Below are positions 50,616 to 59,861 of a stretch of 64,000 bases of DNA, one piece after another; position 1 is the stretch's first letter; each line of letters opens with the position of its first letter. The stretch lies in contig JBDRPX010000038.1 in the NCBI GenBank assembly GCA_043826565.1, positions 70,334-134,333 of the forward strand. The letters run 5' to 3'. The translations under genes were made by a program, and so were the position numbers. The stretch comes from Candidatus Omnitrophota bacterium. Its GTDB lineage: Bacteria; Omnitrophota; Gorgyraeia; B26-G9. Under the pieces are notes generated by a model. It had not been told where the DNA came from, did no database searches, and saw only the letters and a program-made list of their open reading frames with translations.

Positions 50616-51224
50616 ATGAGTTATAAGAACACGGAGGTTCAACCGGAGCTTTTTAACGGTATAACAAAAAAGCAACGCCAGAAAGCGTTCAGAAGGAACG
50701 CTTTTTCAATTAATTACAAGTCAGCAATAACCGTATCGGTAGATACTCTGATTGTTATAGCCCTAACACTGGTAATGGTAAATTTGCTGTGTTTTGTTGT
50801 TGGGATGGAAAAAGGGAAGCAATTTGCCAAGCTGCAGGATAATGAAGCAATAATAAAAGTTGTCCCCGAGAAAATTCAAGCAAAGCAAAACATTATAACT
50901 AAGAATCAGGAACCAGAAACAAACGAGGAAATTAAAAAAGATAAACTGGAACATGATGTCGTAGTAAAGCCCGTAGAAACAGCCCCGAATTCATCAAATC
51001 AGGGATATGCTATTCAGTTGGCAAGTTACAATAAAAACGGCATAGCGGAAAAAGAAGCTCAACTGCTAAAGCAAAAAGGTTTTGAGAGTTTTGTATTAAA
51101 AAAAGGAGATTTTTACGTTGTCTATACCGGGGTTTACCTCGAAAAGACAACCGCAATAAAAAACCTGGATAATTTCAAAAAACGTTATAAAGATTGCTTT
51201 GTACGCTTTCTTGAAAAATCTTAA
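50616..51224 (+). CDS. SPOR-domain membrane protein
   Basis: TM followed by GMEKGK; YAIQLASY..A..E...LK.KG; GGAGG before ATG 50616. Confidence 0.85.
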   Translation: MSYKNTEVQPELFNGITKKQRQKAFRRNAFSINYKSAITVSVDTLIVIALTLVMVNLLCFVVGMEKGKQFAKLQDNEAIIKVVPEKIQAKQNIITKNQEPETNEEIKKDKLEHDVVVKPVETAPNSSNQGYAIQLASYNKNGIAEKEAQLLKQKGFESFVLKKGDFYVVYTGVYLEKTTAIKNLDNFKKRYKDCFVRFLEKS

Positions 51225-51253
51225 GTAATATCGTAAGAAAGGAGAACTGAAAA

Positions 51254-51499
51254 ATGTCGATTCATCCAAGCTTATCTGCCACTAAAGGCAATAAACACCG
51301 CAGTGTTCTTAAGCGGTTCGAGCGTGTGGAAAAGCTCAAAAAATCCGGAAAATGGAGCGAAGAAACAAAAGCTTTTGGCCTGCCAAAAGTAAAGATTATT
51401 AAAATGAAGCTCAAAAAAACCAAAGAAGCTAAAGCTACTACGGCAGAAGGCGCAGCCGCTGGTGAGAAAACCGCAGCGGATAAGACTGCTTCCAAATAA
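51254..51499 (+). CDS. PVC-superphylum small basic protein (TIGR04137-like)
   Basis: MSIHPSL...HRSVLKRFERV..L...GKW......GLPKVK. Confidence 0.88.
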   Translation: MSIHPSLSATKGNKHRSVLKRFERVEKLKKSGKWSEETKAFGLPKVKIIKMKLKKTKEAKATTAEGAAAGEKTAADKTASK

Positions 51500-52389
51500 T
51501 GTCATTCCAGAAAATAATGCGAAAAATAAAAACATGTTTTTTCTTAATTAGTATAAGTTTTGGAATATTAAGTATTACGCATACTGCATTTGCGCAATCT
51601 GCGGAGGCTAAGGACACTTATACGGGAATCATCACCGCAGATGCTGTCAATGTGCGCAGCGGCCCCAGCCTGAATCATGAAATCATTACTAAGCTTGATA
51701 AGGATTTCCTGGTTTTAGTGGAGGATCAAACAGCCGAATGGATTAAGATTAAGCTGCCTCCTTCAAGCAAAGCTTATGTTTATAAAAACTTTGTCCTTAA
51801 AGACAGTTCCGGGAATATCACAATTTCCGGGAATAGAGTCAATATCCGGGCAGAGAAGGGGACTAATTCTAATATAGTCGGACAACTAAACACAGGAGAT
51901 CCTATTGAGTTAATTAATACCGAAGGTGACTGGTATTGGATTTTTCCTTTAAAAAATTGCGTGGCCTGGGTCAACAAAAATTATGTCGTAAAATTTGGAA
52001 AACCCGAGCTTTATTATGAAGAAGAAAACAAGTATCGTCTTAAAATAAGTTCTTTCCCTAGACTAAAGGAGGAGAAAAAAACTATTTCTCCGGCAGCTGT
52101 ACCCGAAAATATCACAGATATTCCTAAAAAACAAGAACTAAGCGTGGTTAATTATTCAAATGTTCCACCGACAGTTAAAGGAAAAGTCATGGATATGGGG
52201 CGGGTCTTGCAACGCCAGGGTACCCATAAATTACTCGCAGATAAAAAACTTGTGTATTATTTAAAAAGCGACGATATTAATCTTAACGATTTTATTTATC
52301 ACAAAGTTAATATATGGGGAAACATAACTAATCACAAAAAATCTAAAATTCCTATTATTGAAGTAAAGCATATTCAAAAATTGAACTAA
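51499..52389 (+). CDS. Exported protein with two bacterial SH3 domains
   Basis: Signal peptide ending AFA; VNVRSGPS...W.KI and VNIRA...W..I. Confidence 0.85.
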   Translation: MSFQKIMRKIKTCFFLISISFGILSITHTAFAQSAEAKDTYTGIITADAVNVRSGPSLNHEIITKLDKDFLVLVEDQTAEWIKIKLPPSSKAYVYKNFVLKDSSGNITISGNRVNIRAEKGTNSNIVGQLNTGDPIELINTEGDWYWIFPLKNCVAWVNKNYVVKFGKPELYYEEENKYRLKISSFPRLKEEKKTISPAAVPENITDIPKKQELSVVNYSNVPPTVKGKVMDMGRVLQRQGTHKLLADKKLVYYLKSDDINLNDFIYHKVNIWGNITNHKKSKIPIIEVKHIQKLN

Positions 52390-52401
52390 AAAAAGAATAA
52401 T

Positions 52402-52983
52402 ATGACCAGCGGAGGCTCTCTAATTTTAAGCTTTATTGTAAACCTGCCTGCATTTCTGGGAGCGTTGGTTGTGCATGAATATGCTCATGGATATGTCGCG
52501 AATAAGCTTGGGGATACTACCGCAAAAAGCTTAGGCCGGCTGACTTTTAACCCCTTAGCACACATCGACCTCTTTGGAACAATTTTATTACCTTTATTTC
52601 TTATAATATCCCGCTCACCGATAGTCATCGGCTGGGCAAAACCCGTACCGGTTAATTTTTACAACTTAAATAATCCCAAAAAAGATATGATTTGGGTCGG
52701 ATTAGCCGGGCCGGTGGCAAATTTCATTGCCGCAACAATAACATATATAATTCTTCGTCTGGGAATTGTGGGGAATGTTATTCTGTTTGACTTTTTAACA
52801 AATCTGCTCATAATAAATATTGTGTTGGGAGTTTTTAATCTTATCCCGATTCCACCGCTTGACGGATCAAGAGTCCTCATGGGGCTGTTGCCGCCAAAGA
52901 TGGCCATAGCGTATAGCCGATTAGAACCTTACGGGATGATTATTTTAATTGTTTTATTAATGTTACTTAGGAATAGTTTTTAA
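52402..52983 (+). CDS. Site-2 protease (M50) family
   Basis: HEYAH, GRLTFNPLAH, AGPVAN, NLIPIPPLDG. Confidence 0.93.
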   Translation: MTSGGSLILSFIVNLPAFLGALVVHEYAHGYVANKLGDTTAKSLGRLTFNPLAHIDLFGTILLPLFLIISRSPIVIGWAKPVPVNFYNLNNPKKDMIWVGLAGPVANFIAATITYIILRLGIVGNVILFDFLTNLLIINIVLGVFNLIPIPPLDGSRVLMGLLPPKMAIAYSRLEPYGMIILIVLLMLLRNSF

Positions 52984-54071
52984 TGAAAAAAATAATCGTA
53001 GATTTAAAAGAAAAAAGTTATCCTATAATTATTGAAGGAAAAAGTTTTAATCCACTGGCGGGTATATTAAAAAAAACGAGGCTGGGAACCGATGCTTTTA
53101 TTATAACCAATGCGCGGATATTTAATCTATATGCATCATCTATAAAAAAATCATTAAAATCAGCGGATATCCGTACATATTTTTATAAGGTCAAAGATTC
53201 TGAAGAAAGCAAGTCAATATCCACATACATCAAAACAATTCAGGCCTTATCTAAAATAGATGTTAAAAAGCGTATATTCCTTATTGCGCTCGGAGGGGGG
53301 GTGATTGGAGATCTTTGTGGGTTTGTTGCCGCTACATATAAGCGAGGTGTCAGTTATATCCAGATTCCCACAACATTGTTGGCACAGGTTGATTCAAGTA
53401 TCGGCGGAAAAACAGCTATAGATTTAGAATCCGGGAAAAACCTCGTTGGGGCAATCTTTCAGCCGAAACTGGTCTATTCGAATACAACAGTATTAAAAAG
53501 CTTACCCCTGCGTCAAGTTAGAAGCGGGCTTGCTGAAGTAGTTAAATACGGAATCATTGATGATAAAAATCTATTTTCTTTTTTAGAAAAAAATTATAAT
53601 AAAATCTTAAGATTAGATATAAAAAGCCTTGAATATATCATAAGCTGCTCCAGTAAAATTAAAGCGCAAGTTGTCTCATTTGACGAAAATGAAACAAAGG
53701 GATTGCGGACAATTCTAAACTTCGGACATACCATCGGACATGCTTTAGAAACAGCCACTAAATATACAAAACTCAATCATGGTGAAGCTGTTAGCATCGG
53801 TATGGTTTGTGCTTCCGAAATCGCGCTTAATTTAGGGCTTTTAGAACCTAATGAATTTGCGCGCATAGTTTCCCTTATTCGCGGCCTAAACCTTCCGGTA
53901 GAGGCCAAAAATATTAGTTTAAATACAGTATTTGAAGCTTTCTATAGGGATAAGAAGTTTGTGAACGGGAAAATCCGCATGGTTATACCTACAAGAATCG
54001 GACATGTGATAGTTACTGAAGATATACCATTTAAGGAAATCAAAAAAGTAATAAAAAAGCGGGTGAAATAA
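52983..54071 (+). CDS. aroB: 3-dehydroquinate synthase
   Basis: GGGVIGDL, PTTLLAQVDSSIGGKT, LNFGHTIGHALE, HGEAV. Confidence 0.97.
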   Translation: MKKIIVDLKEKSYPIIIEGKSFNPLAGILKKTRLGTDAFIITNARIFNLYASSIKKSLKSADIRTYFYKVKDSEESKSISTYIKTIQALSKIDVKKRIFLIALGGGVIGDLCGFVAATYKRGVSYIQIPTTLLAQVDSSIGGKTAIDLESGKNLVGAIFQPKLVYSNTTVLKSLPLRQVRSGLAEVVKYGIIDDKNLFSFLEKNYNKILRLDIKSLEYIISCSSKIKAQVVSFDENETKGLRTILNFGHTIGHALETATKYTKLNHGEAVSIGMVCASEIALNLGLLEPNEFARIVSLIRGLNLPVEAKNISLNTVFEAFYRDKKFVNGKIRMVIPTRIGHVIVTEDIPFKEIKKVIKKRVK

Positions 54072-54072
54072 A

Positions 54073-54555
54073 ATGGATATAAAAATCAGAAAAGCGAAAA
54101 AAGAAGATCGAAAACAAATATATACATTAATTACCTCGGTATTAAAAAAAGAGTTTGGACTAAATGAAGCAACATATCCGGAAGCTGATCTTGCTGATGT
54201 AACTAAGGCGTATGGCGGAAAAAAAGATATCTTTTTTGTAGCGGTCATCGGTAATACAATAATCGGAACTATTGCGGTAAAAGAAGATGATAAAAATACT
54301 GCTTTATTAAGGCGAATCAGCGTATCTCCAGAATTTAGGGGGATTGGATTAGGTAAAAATCTGATTATCAAGGCGATTGAATTTTGCCAGAAGCAGGGAT
54401 ATCGAATCGTCAATTTCCGGTCTACGGAAAAAATGGAAGCGGCTAACAGCCTGTGTCAGAAAAACGGGTTTAAAATCAGGGCCTCAATGGACATTGGACA
54501 TACTACGATCTTAAAGCTTACACGGCGGTTGCGAGCTCAAAAAAGAGTTGTTTAA
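54073..54555 (+). CDS. GNAT family N-acetyltransferase
   Basis: LRRISVSPEFRGIGLG acetyl-CoA motif, KNGF. Confidence 0.9.
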   Translation: MDIKIRKAKKEDRKQIYTLITSVLKKEFGLNEATYPEADLADVTKAYGGKKDIFFVAVIGNTIIGTIAVKEDDKNTALLRRISVSPEFRGIGLGKNLIIKAIEFCQKQGYRIVNFRSTEKMEAANSLCQKNGFKIRASMDIGHTTILKLTRRLRAQKRVV

Positions 54556-54617
54556 AACTTAGGCTCCCGTAATTACTATTGCCAGACAATAGAACGCGGG
54601 AGCGCTTTATTTTAATT

Positions 54618-55187
54618 ATGAAAAAATTATCACAAAAAATTTTATATAAGGGTAAGTGGATAAACCTCCTTGATTCTGAATTTGTTAATGACAGGGGGGA
54701 GGTATTTAATTGGGAATCTACAGAACGTAATAATGCCCATCAGATAATCATAATTCTCGCCAAACTAGTTCCCTCAAATCAATATATTTTGATCAGACAG
54801 TTCCGGCCGGCAATAAACAAATGCGTAATCGGATTACCCGCCGGGATTGTCCATGATGGAGATATCAATGATGCGGCAATACGTGAACTTAAGGAAGAAA
54901 CCGGTTATTACGGCATAATCAAAGAAATAAGTCCGGTACTGGCCCTAAATCCAGCCCTGACCAGTGAAAAGGTTCAAATAATCACTATGGAAGTAGATGA
55001 ACATGATTCCCGGAATAAATCTCCGGAACAAGACCTTGAACCTGAGGAAGAAATCGAAACCCTGCTGGTACCAGCACTCCGGACTAAAAAATACCTATTA
55101 GAAGAAAAAGCCCAAGGTCATGAAATCGGCGCCTCACTATGGTTTTTATTTGGAGACATTATCCAGGAAGAAGCCACCCAAAGGTAG
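54618..55187 (+). CDS. NUDIX hydrolase (ADP-ribose pyrophosphatase-like)
   Basis: RQFRPA, Nudix box PAG...AAIRELKEETG; start placed at ATG 54618. Confidence 0.9.
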   Translation: MKKLSQKILYKGKWINLLDSEFVNDRGEVFNWESTERNNAHQIIIILAKLVPSNQYILIRQFRPAINKCVIGLPAGIVHDGDINDAAIRELKEETGYYGIIKEISPVLALNPALTSEKVQIITMEVDEHDSRNKSPEQDLEPEEEIETLLVPALRTKKYLLEEKAQGHEIGASLWFLFGDIIQEEATQR

Positions 55188-55288
55188 AAGTACAAAACAA
55201 ACGCAAAAGGAATTCCCATACCAGCTTGTTATACATGATTCCAAATAGGCATATCCTTGAACTGTCGACTGAGACCATAATACAATTA

Positions 55289-55316
55289 AGTTAACATAAG
55301 ATATATTATAGGAAGG
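55289..55316 (-). other. dif: dif site (XerC/XerD chromosome dimer resolution)
   Basis: Minus strand CCTTCCTATAA-TATATC-TTATGTTAACT: 11-6-11 architecture, close to Firmicutes-type dif, located at the gene-orientation switch. Confidence 0.88.
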
Positions 55317-55486
55317 TAGCAAAGGGTGGGAAAATGCCGTTGGTTTGGGTGTTTTTATGGGTTGTTGTGGTTTTCTGGGCTGTTAATTTTTTTAAACACA
55401 TTTTAACTGAACTGTCTATTCCCTTTAATATTTTCTGTGTTTTTAAAAATCACTTTATATAGCTTAATCCATCATATCAATTATAA

Positions 55487-55825
55487 CTACATTATAAACT
55501 GAAGCTGTTTATGGCCTTGTTGTTTGGGTGTATTTTTGAGGCCTTTTAAGGCCTTTTTGGCTTGAGTAAGGCTATGCCCTTCTGTTAGCGCTTTTAAAGG
55601 CTTAGGGGTTTCCTTAGGGGTATTTTCGCACTCGCCTACATTGCCGTACAAATGCTCGAGAATTGTTTTTCTTATAAAAACTGAGGGTTCTAAATGACAC
55701 CTGTGAGCTAAAACCTGAATGTTCAGCCATTGCTCATGTGTAAATCTAACATTTATAGTTTTAGTATACTTGATATGCTTTTTAGGTCTGCCCCGGGCTG
55801 GCTTTTTGGCTTCTTGATGCATCAC
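55487..55825 (-). CDS. Small basic DNA-binding protein (RHH/MobC-like) next to dif
   Basis: RGRPKK, TINVRFT..QW..I..LA......S.FIR; strong AAGGAGG SD. Confidence 0.7.
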   Translation of the reverse strand: MMHQEAKKPARGRPKKHIKYTKTINVRFTHEQWLNIQVLAHRCHLEPSVFIRKTILEHLYGNVGECENTPKETPKPLKALTEGHSLTQAKKALKGLKNTPKQQGHKQLQFIM

Positions 55826-56004
55826 AAAACCTCCTTGAAATTAAACATGGTAATCGTCCTGACAACCTGTACATAGTGTTATTATATAGTAGATCTATTT
55901 TTAAGGCAACAAAAAATCACAAAAAAACACAAATATTATATAGTCTGATTGAGTGTGGTTTATTGGCTGGATTATTTTGATTTAGTTTTATTGCAGATTT
56001 TTCT

Positions 56005-56817
56005 CTATATTTCATTCCAAGAATCTGTAGCAGTGTCTTCTTGAGGAATATTGCCTTCTAAATCCTTAATTAGGACTTTTTCAGGAAGATTAGATTTAAT
56101 GCATATTGTGTTTCGACCGGTTTTTTTATAATTTACCGGAATAGCAAAAACTACAAAAGCTGTCGCGCTGCCGGTATTACTAAGAACTTCATGATAGTAA
56201 TAACCGTTAAAAGCGCTGGCTATATCACGAGCGGAATTTAGATTCCCCAGCTGCGGATCAATAATCTCAAATTTCCCTTCTTTGTTTATAATTAAATCTT
56301 CAGACCTGGCATATTTACCGTAATGTTCATAATATGTTTTTTGGGCAGAACTATATCTTTTTAGCAATTCGATAGCTTCGGCTTCATTTTTCTTGATTAC
56401 AGCCTCCCCTTCCCTTACAAATCGAGAAGACGATGTGTCTAAGCCTGCTATAGTAACTTCTTGCGTATCCTGAGTATCTGCATTCCGTTTTACTAGAATA
56501 ATCTTTTCCGGAACCTCGCGTTTTTTCTTATGATGTTCTTCGCCATCTTCTCCATAGAAACTTTGAACCACACCTAATTTTCCAATAATTCCGGAAGTTT
56601 TAGATTTTTCCATATCCAGGTCTTTTTGAATTTCTTCAATATTCCGGCTGGCCACCAGTGATTTTTCTTCTCCCCCAATAAAGATTTTTCTGTAAGCTGC
56701 CAACAAAGAATCAAAGGCTTGCCATGCCGCGGCGCAAGCAAGTACTAGGGAAAAAACTATCAGGAAACTCATAATACTAACGCGACCTTTGTTGTTTTTA
56801 CTATTTATGAGTCGCAT
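56005..56817 (-). CDS. Membrane-anchored protein with DUF2950/pilin-like C-terminal domain
   Basis: N-terminal TM; NEAEAIELLKRYSSAQ..Y, GYYY, FAIPVNY..TG. Confidence 0.7.
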   Translation of the reverse strand: MRLINSKNNKGRVSIMSFLIVFSLVLACAAAWQAFDSLLAAYRKIFIGGEEKSLVASRNIEEIQKDLDMEKSKTSGIIGKLGVVQSFYGEDGEEHHKKKREVPEKIILVKRNADTQDTQEVTIAGLDTSSSRFVREGEAVIKKNEAEAIELLKRYSSAQKTYYEHYGKYARSEDLIINKEGKFEIIDPQLGNLNSARDIASAFNGYYYHEVLSNTGSATAFVVFAIPVNYKKTGRNTICIKSNLPEKVLIKDLEGNIPQEDTATDSWNEI

Positions 56818-56820
56818 CTT

Positions 56821-57603
56821 TTAAAACTCTTCCCAGGTATTATTTATCTCTTTTGAATAAAATATAGGTCTGGCTCCGTTATTCTTCATCATAACCACAT
56901 TTCCGGTCCTTGAAGAAATACATAAAGTATGAAAACCCGTCACACCATAGTCCACCGGTATAGCGCATAGAATATATTCATCTTCTTTATCTTTATATCG
57001 AGAGCCGTTATTAATTGATTCCATGAAATAGTATCCATTGCGGGTATGTTCTTTACTGTCGGCTAGATCTATTACAAAAATATACGGGTCAATAATGCCC
57101 GGGTACCCATCATCTTCAAGTATAAGGTTTTTAGCGGTCATCGCATAGACCCCATACTGAGCATGATATAATTCCTGAGCCGCCGCATAACGTCTTAATA
57201 ATGCGGCAATACTCAGCTCATTAGAGACCAGCTCCAGTCCATTCGCACTTTTCTTACTTCTTTCGTTGATAAAATTATTTAAAATCTCCTCGAGTATCTC
57301 AGGGGAAGCATTGTCGGATTCTTTTTGCTCAAACACATCATTAATGTAAAATTCATCCAAAGCCTGCCGAATTTTTTGTCTTGACGCTTTAGTATATAAA
57401 TGCGCGTTAGTCTTTGGATAGGAGAATGTCTGTCCTTGCTCCGCAGATTCAGGTATGGCCTTCTCCGGGATAACTACAGCATTCATTGTTCTCATAATTC
57501 CCTGAGTTTTTAAATTATAAATATAGGTTGCCGCAGCAAGGCTTATAAGGAATATCATTAAAACCAATAATACCGAATGCAGTTGTGTACTACCTCTTAT
57601 CAT
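56821..57603 (-). CDS. Paralog of the adjacent gene, DUF2950/pilin-like
   Basis: N-terminal TM; NELSIAALLRRYAAAQ..Y, GYYF, AIPVDYGVTG. Confidence 0.7.
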   Translation of the reverse strand: MIRGSTQLHSVLLVLMIFLISLAAATYIYNLKTQGIMRTMNAVVIPEKAIPESAEQGQTFSYPKTNAHLYTKASRQKIRQALDEFYINDVFEQKESDNASPEILEEILNNFINERSKKSANGLELVSNELSIAALLRRYAAAQELYHAQYGVYAMTAKNLILEDDGYPGIIDPYIFVIDLADSKEHTRNGYYFMESINNGSRYKDKEDEYILCAIPVDYGVTGFHTLCISSRTGNVVMMKNNGARPIFYSKEINNTWEEF

Positions 57604-57628
57604 ACAAAATCACCTCACGGATAAACAC

Positions 57629-58015
57629 TCAGCCACTCTTGTTTAATATGGCTTTTCTAGCAGCTTCTAATATTTGCTCAACTTCGAAAGGCTTATATAA
57701 ACCATAGGTTTTTCCTCCCGCTTCAATAAACGCCTTTTCTTTTTCCGGCAAACCGATATCTATATGCCCAGTCATTAAAATTATTTCCGTCTCCGGATTG
57801 ATTTCCTTCGCTGCCCTACATGTTTCGATCCCATCTATTCCCGGCATAACCAGGTCAACAAATATTACATCATATTTTACATCACGTATTTTTTCTAGGC
57901 CAGCTTCTCCGCTTAGAGCAGTATCAACACTATATCCCTCATGCTCCAGCACCGCCCTAAGTCCGGTACAGATTACTTTTGTATCATCTATTACTAAAAT
58001 TTTTTCTCCTGACAT
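57629..58015 (-). CDS. Single-domain response regulator
   Basis: LVIDD, VDLVMPG, KPF. Confidence 0.92.
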   Translation of the reverse strand: MSGEKILVIDDTKVICTGLRAVLEHEGYSVDTALSGEAGLEKIRDVKYDVIFVDLVMPGIDGIETCRAAKEINPETEIILMTGHIDIGLPEKEKAFIEAGGKTYGLYKPFEVEQILEAARKAILNKSG

Positions 58016-58025
58016 AACAGGTCAC

Positions 58026-59861
58026 CTACTTAGCTCCAGGAAGAATTAATTCAAACCTGGTTCCCTTCCCGACATGGCTATCCACAAACACCTCGCCATG
58101 ATGTTTTTTTATTATACCATGCGAGATCGACAAACCAAGTCCGACACCTTTTCCCGGGCCTTTTGTTGTAAAGAACGGATCAAATATTTTTGTCAAATTA
58201 TCCCCCGCAATTCCTTCCCCATTATCTATAAACTCTACCATAATTTTAGTGTTATTTTCAATGTTTTTTGTTTTTATTATGATTTCTCCTCCTTGAGGCA
58301 TAGCATCTATAGCATTGCTTATCATATTAAGCACTACCTGCTGCAAAGAGGATTTATGGCCTTTAATGGAAATCAGTTTTCCGTCATATTTTCTTAACAC
58401 TCTTATATTACTATTTTTAAATTGGTGCTGGACAAAGCTTAACGTTGATTCAATAACTATATTGAAGTTTACGTCAACAAATTCCCCTTTTGACTGTCGT
58501 GAAAAGGATATCAGACCTTTTACTATATTTGCCATATACTCAGCTGCTTCAGTCATGATTTGCAATTCTTCACGTTGCCGGGAATCCGGTTGGGCTTTGC
58601 GCAGATAAGTCTTTAATAAGCTCAAAAGTCCGGTTAAGGGACTGTTTAATTCATGGGCAACCCCAGCCGCAAGCTGCCCAATTCCGGAAAGTCGTTCTGC
58701 TTCCACTAGTTGAGCTTGTGCCTTTTTAAGCTTTTCGTAAGCAGCTGTAAGCTCTTGGGCCTTTTTGCTCTCGACAGCCGCAGAAGCGACCTTAGCGGCA
58801 AGTTCTTTTTTCTTTTCCTCATCTTTTTTACGGTCAGTAATATCCTCACCGGAGCTAATAATTCCGATAATCTTTCCATTGTCATCTTTTAAAGGTGAAT
58901 TATGCCAAGCAATGATTCTTTCTTCTCCACTTTTTGTAACGACCGGGTTTTCGAAATATTCAGTAAATCTCAAGTCTCCACTCATCAGTTTATTAAAAAC
59001 TCCCCGCATATCTTTTTTAAACCTTTCCGGCAAAAAATTCTCAAACCAGTTTTTTCGCAGAACCTCCTGTTCTGTATACCCTAATATTTGATGTCCTTTT
59101 TTGTTAATTAAAGTAATACTACCTTGCTCATCCAGAACAAGAAATATTATCGGAGCAATTTCAAGATATAATTTCATTCGATTACGTTCATTAAACAGAG
59201 TCTGCTCCATTAACTTCTGCTCTGTAACATCCCGATTGATCCCGCTATACCCGACACAGACTTTTCCCATTTCATCAAAGACAGGAACAGCACTTGTCTC
59301 CATAATTATCAGACTTCCGTTTTTATGAACAAAAATGCTTTCAAAACGTTTAATTTTTTTGTGGCAGGATATTAGTTTTTGAAATTCTTTGTGACGATGT
59401 TCTAAATCATGAGAAAGCATTAAATCCAACAGATTTTTTCCTATGATTTCTTCAGCATCGTATCCGATAATTTCCCGGCACTGAGGACTGGAATAAATAT
59501 AAAAACCATTCTGATCGGTTTGCCAAAGCCAATTAATAGTGTTTTCAACCAAAGACCGGAATTGTTCCGTTTTATGATAAATTTGATTTTTAATGTCTTC
59601 CTGAATAAAAGCGTAAAAAAAGAAGCTCCAAACTAAAGGAACCAATACTTGGAAATAGTTTTCCCAAACCAAAAAAACTGAATCATAACCAGACCATTCA
59701 ATAATATTACTCAAACTATGAAGGCTTAAAACAGCAATCAAAGCTGCTAAAAAAAACTTAACATTCCCCCAAGATACACGTTTCCAGCCCTTAATCATGA
59801 AGCATGCCGCCATGATCATGATGAACAGATTTATAATGTCCAGCAATAAAATAGTACTCAT
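58026..59861 (-). CDS. Sensor histidine kinase (3 TM, two PAS, HisKA, HATPase)
   Basis: AHELNSP, NAIDAM, DNGEGI, PFFTTK, GLGLS; PAS ends RDVT and EDIT; start ATG 59861 overlaps the upstream stop. Confidence 0.93.
   Translation of the reverse strand: MSTILLLDIINLFIMIMAACFMIKGWKRVSWGNVKFFLAALIAVLSLHSLSNIIEWSGYDSVFLVWENYFQVLVPLVWSFFFYAFIQEDIKNQIYHKTEQFRSLVENTINWLWQTDQNGFYIYSSPQCREIIGYDAEEIIGKNLLDLMLSHDLEHRHKEFQKLISCHKKIKRFESIFVHKNGSLIIMETSAVPVFDEMGKVCVGYSGINRDVTEQKLMEQTLFNERNRMKLYLEIAPIIFLVLDEQGSITLINKKGHQILGYTEQEVLRKNWFENFLPERFKKDMRGVFNKLMSGDLRFTEYFENPVVTKSGEERIIAWHNSPLKDDNGKIIGIISSGEDITDRKKDEEKKKELAAKVASAAVESKKAQELTAAYEKLKKAQAQLVEAERLSGIGQLAAGVAHELNSPLTGLLSLLKTYLRKAQPDSRQREELQIMTEAAEYMANIVKGLISFSRQSKGEFVDVNFNIVIESTLSFVQHQFKNSNIRVLRKYDGKLISIKGHKSSLQQVVLNMISNAIDAMPQGGEIIIKTKNIENNTKIMVEFIDNGEGIAGDNLTKIFDPFFTTKGPGKGVGLGLSISHGIIKKHHGEVFVDSHVGKGTRFELILPGAK

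Noticed and set aside
653-54413. Many minus-strand and alternate-frame ORFs in the track (e.g. 8066-8746, 53919-54413)
   Set aside because: They overlap well-supported + strand genes and show no recognisable motifs; treated as shadow ORFs.
55866-55945. Second dif-like site near the repeated TATTATATAGT
   Set aside because: It lacks a TTATGTTAA-type XerD arm and the 11-6-11 symmetry; more likely promoter or operator sequence of the RHH-like gene.
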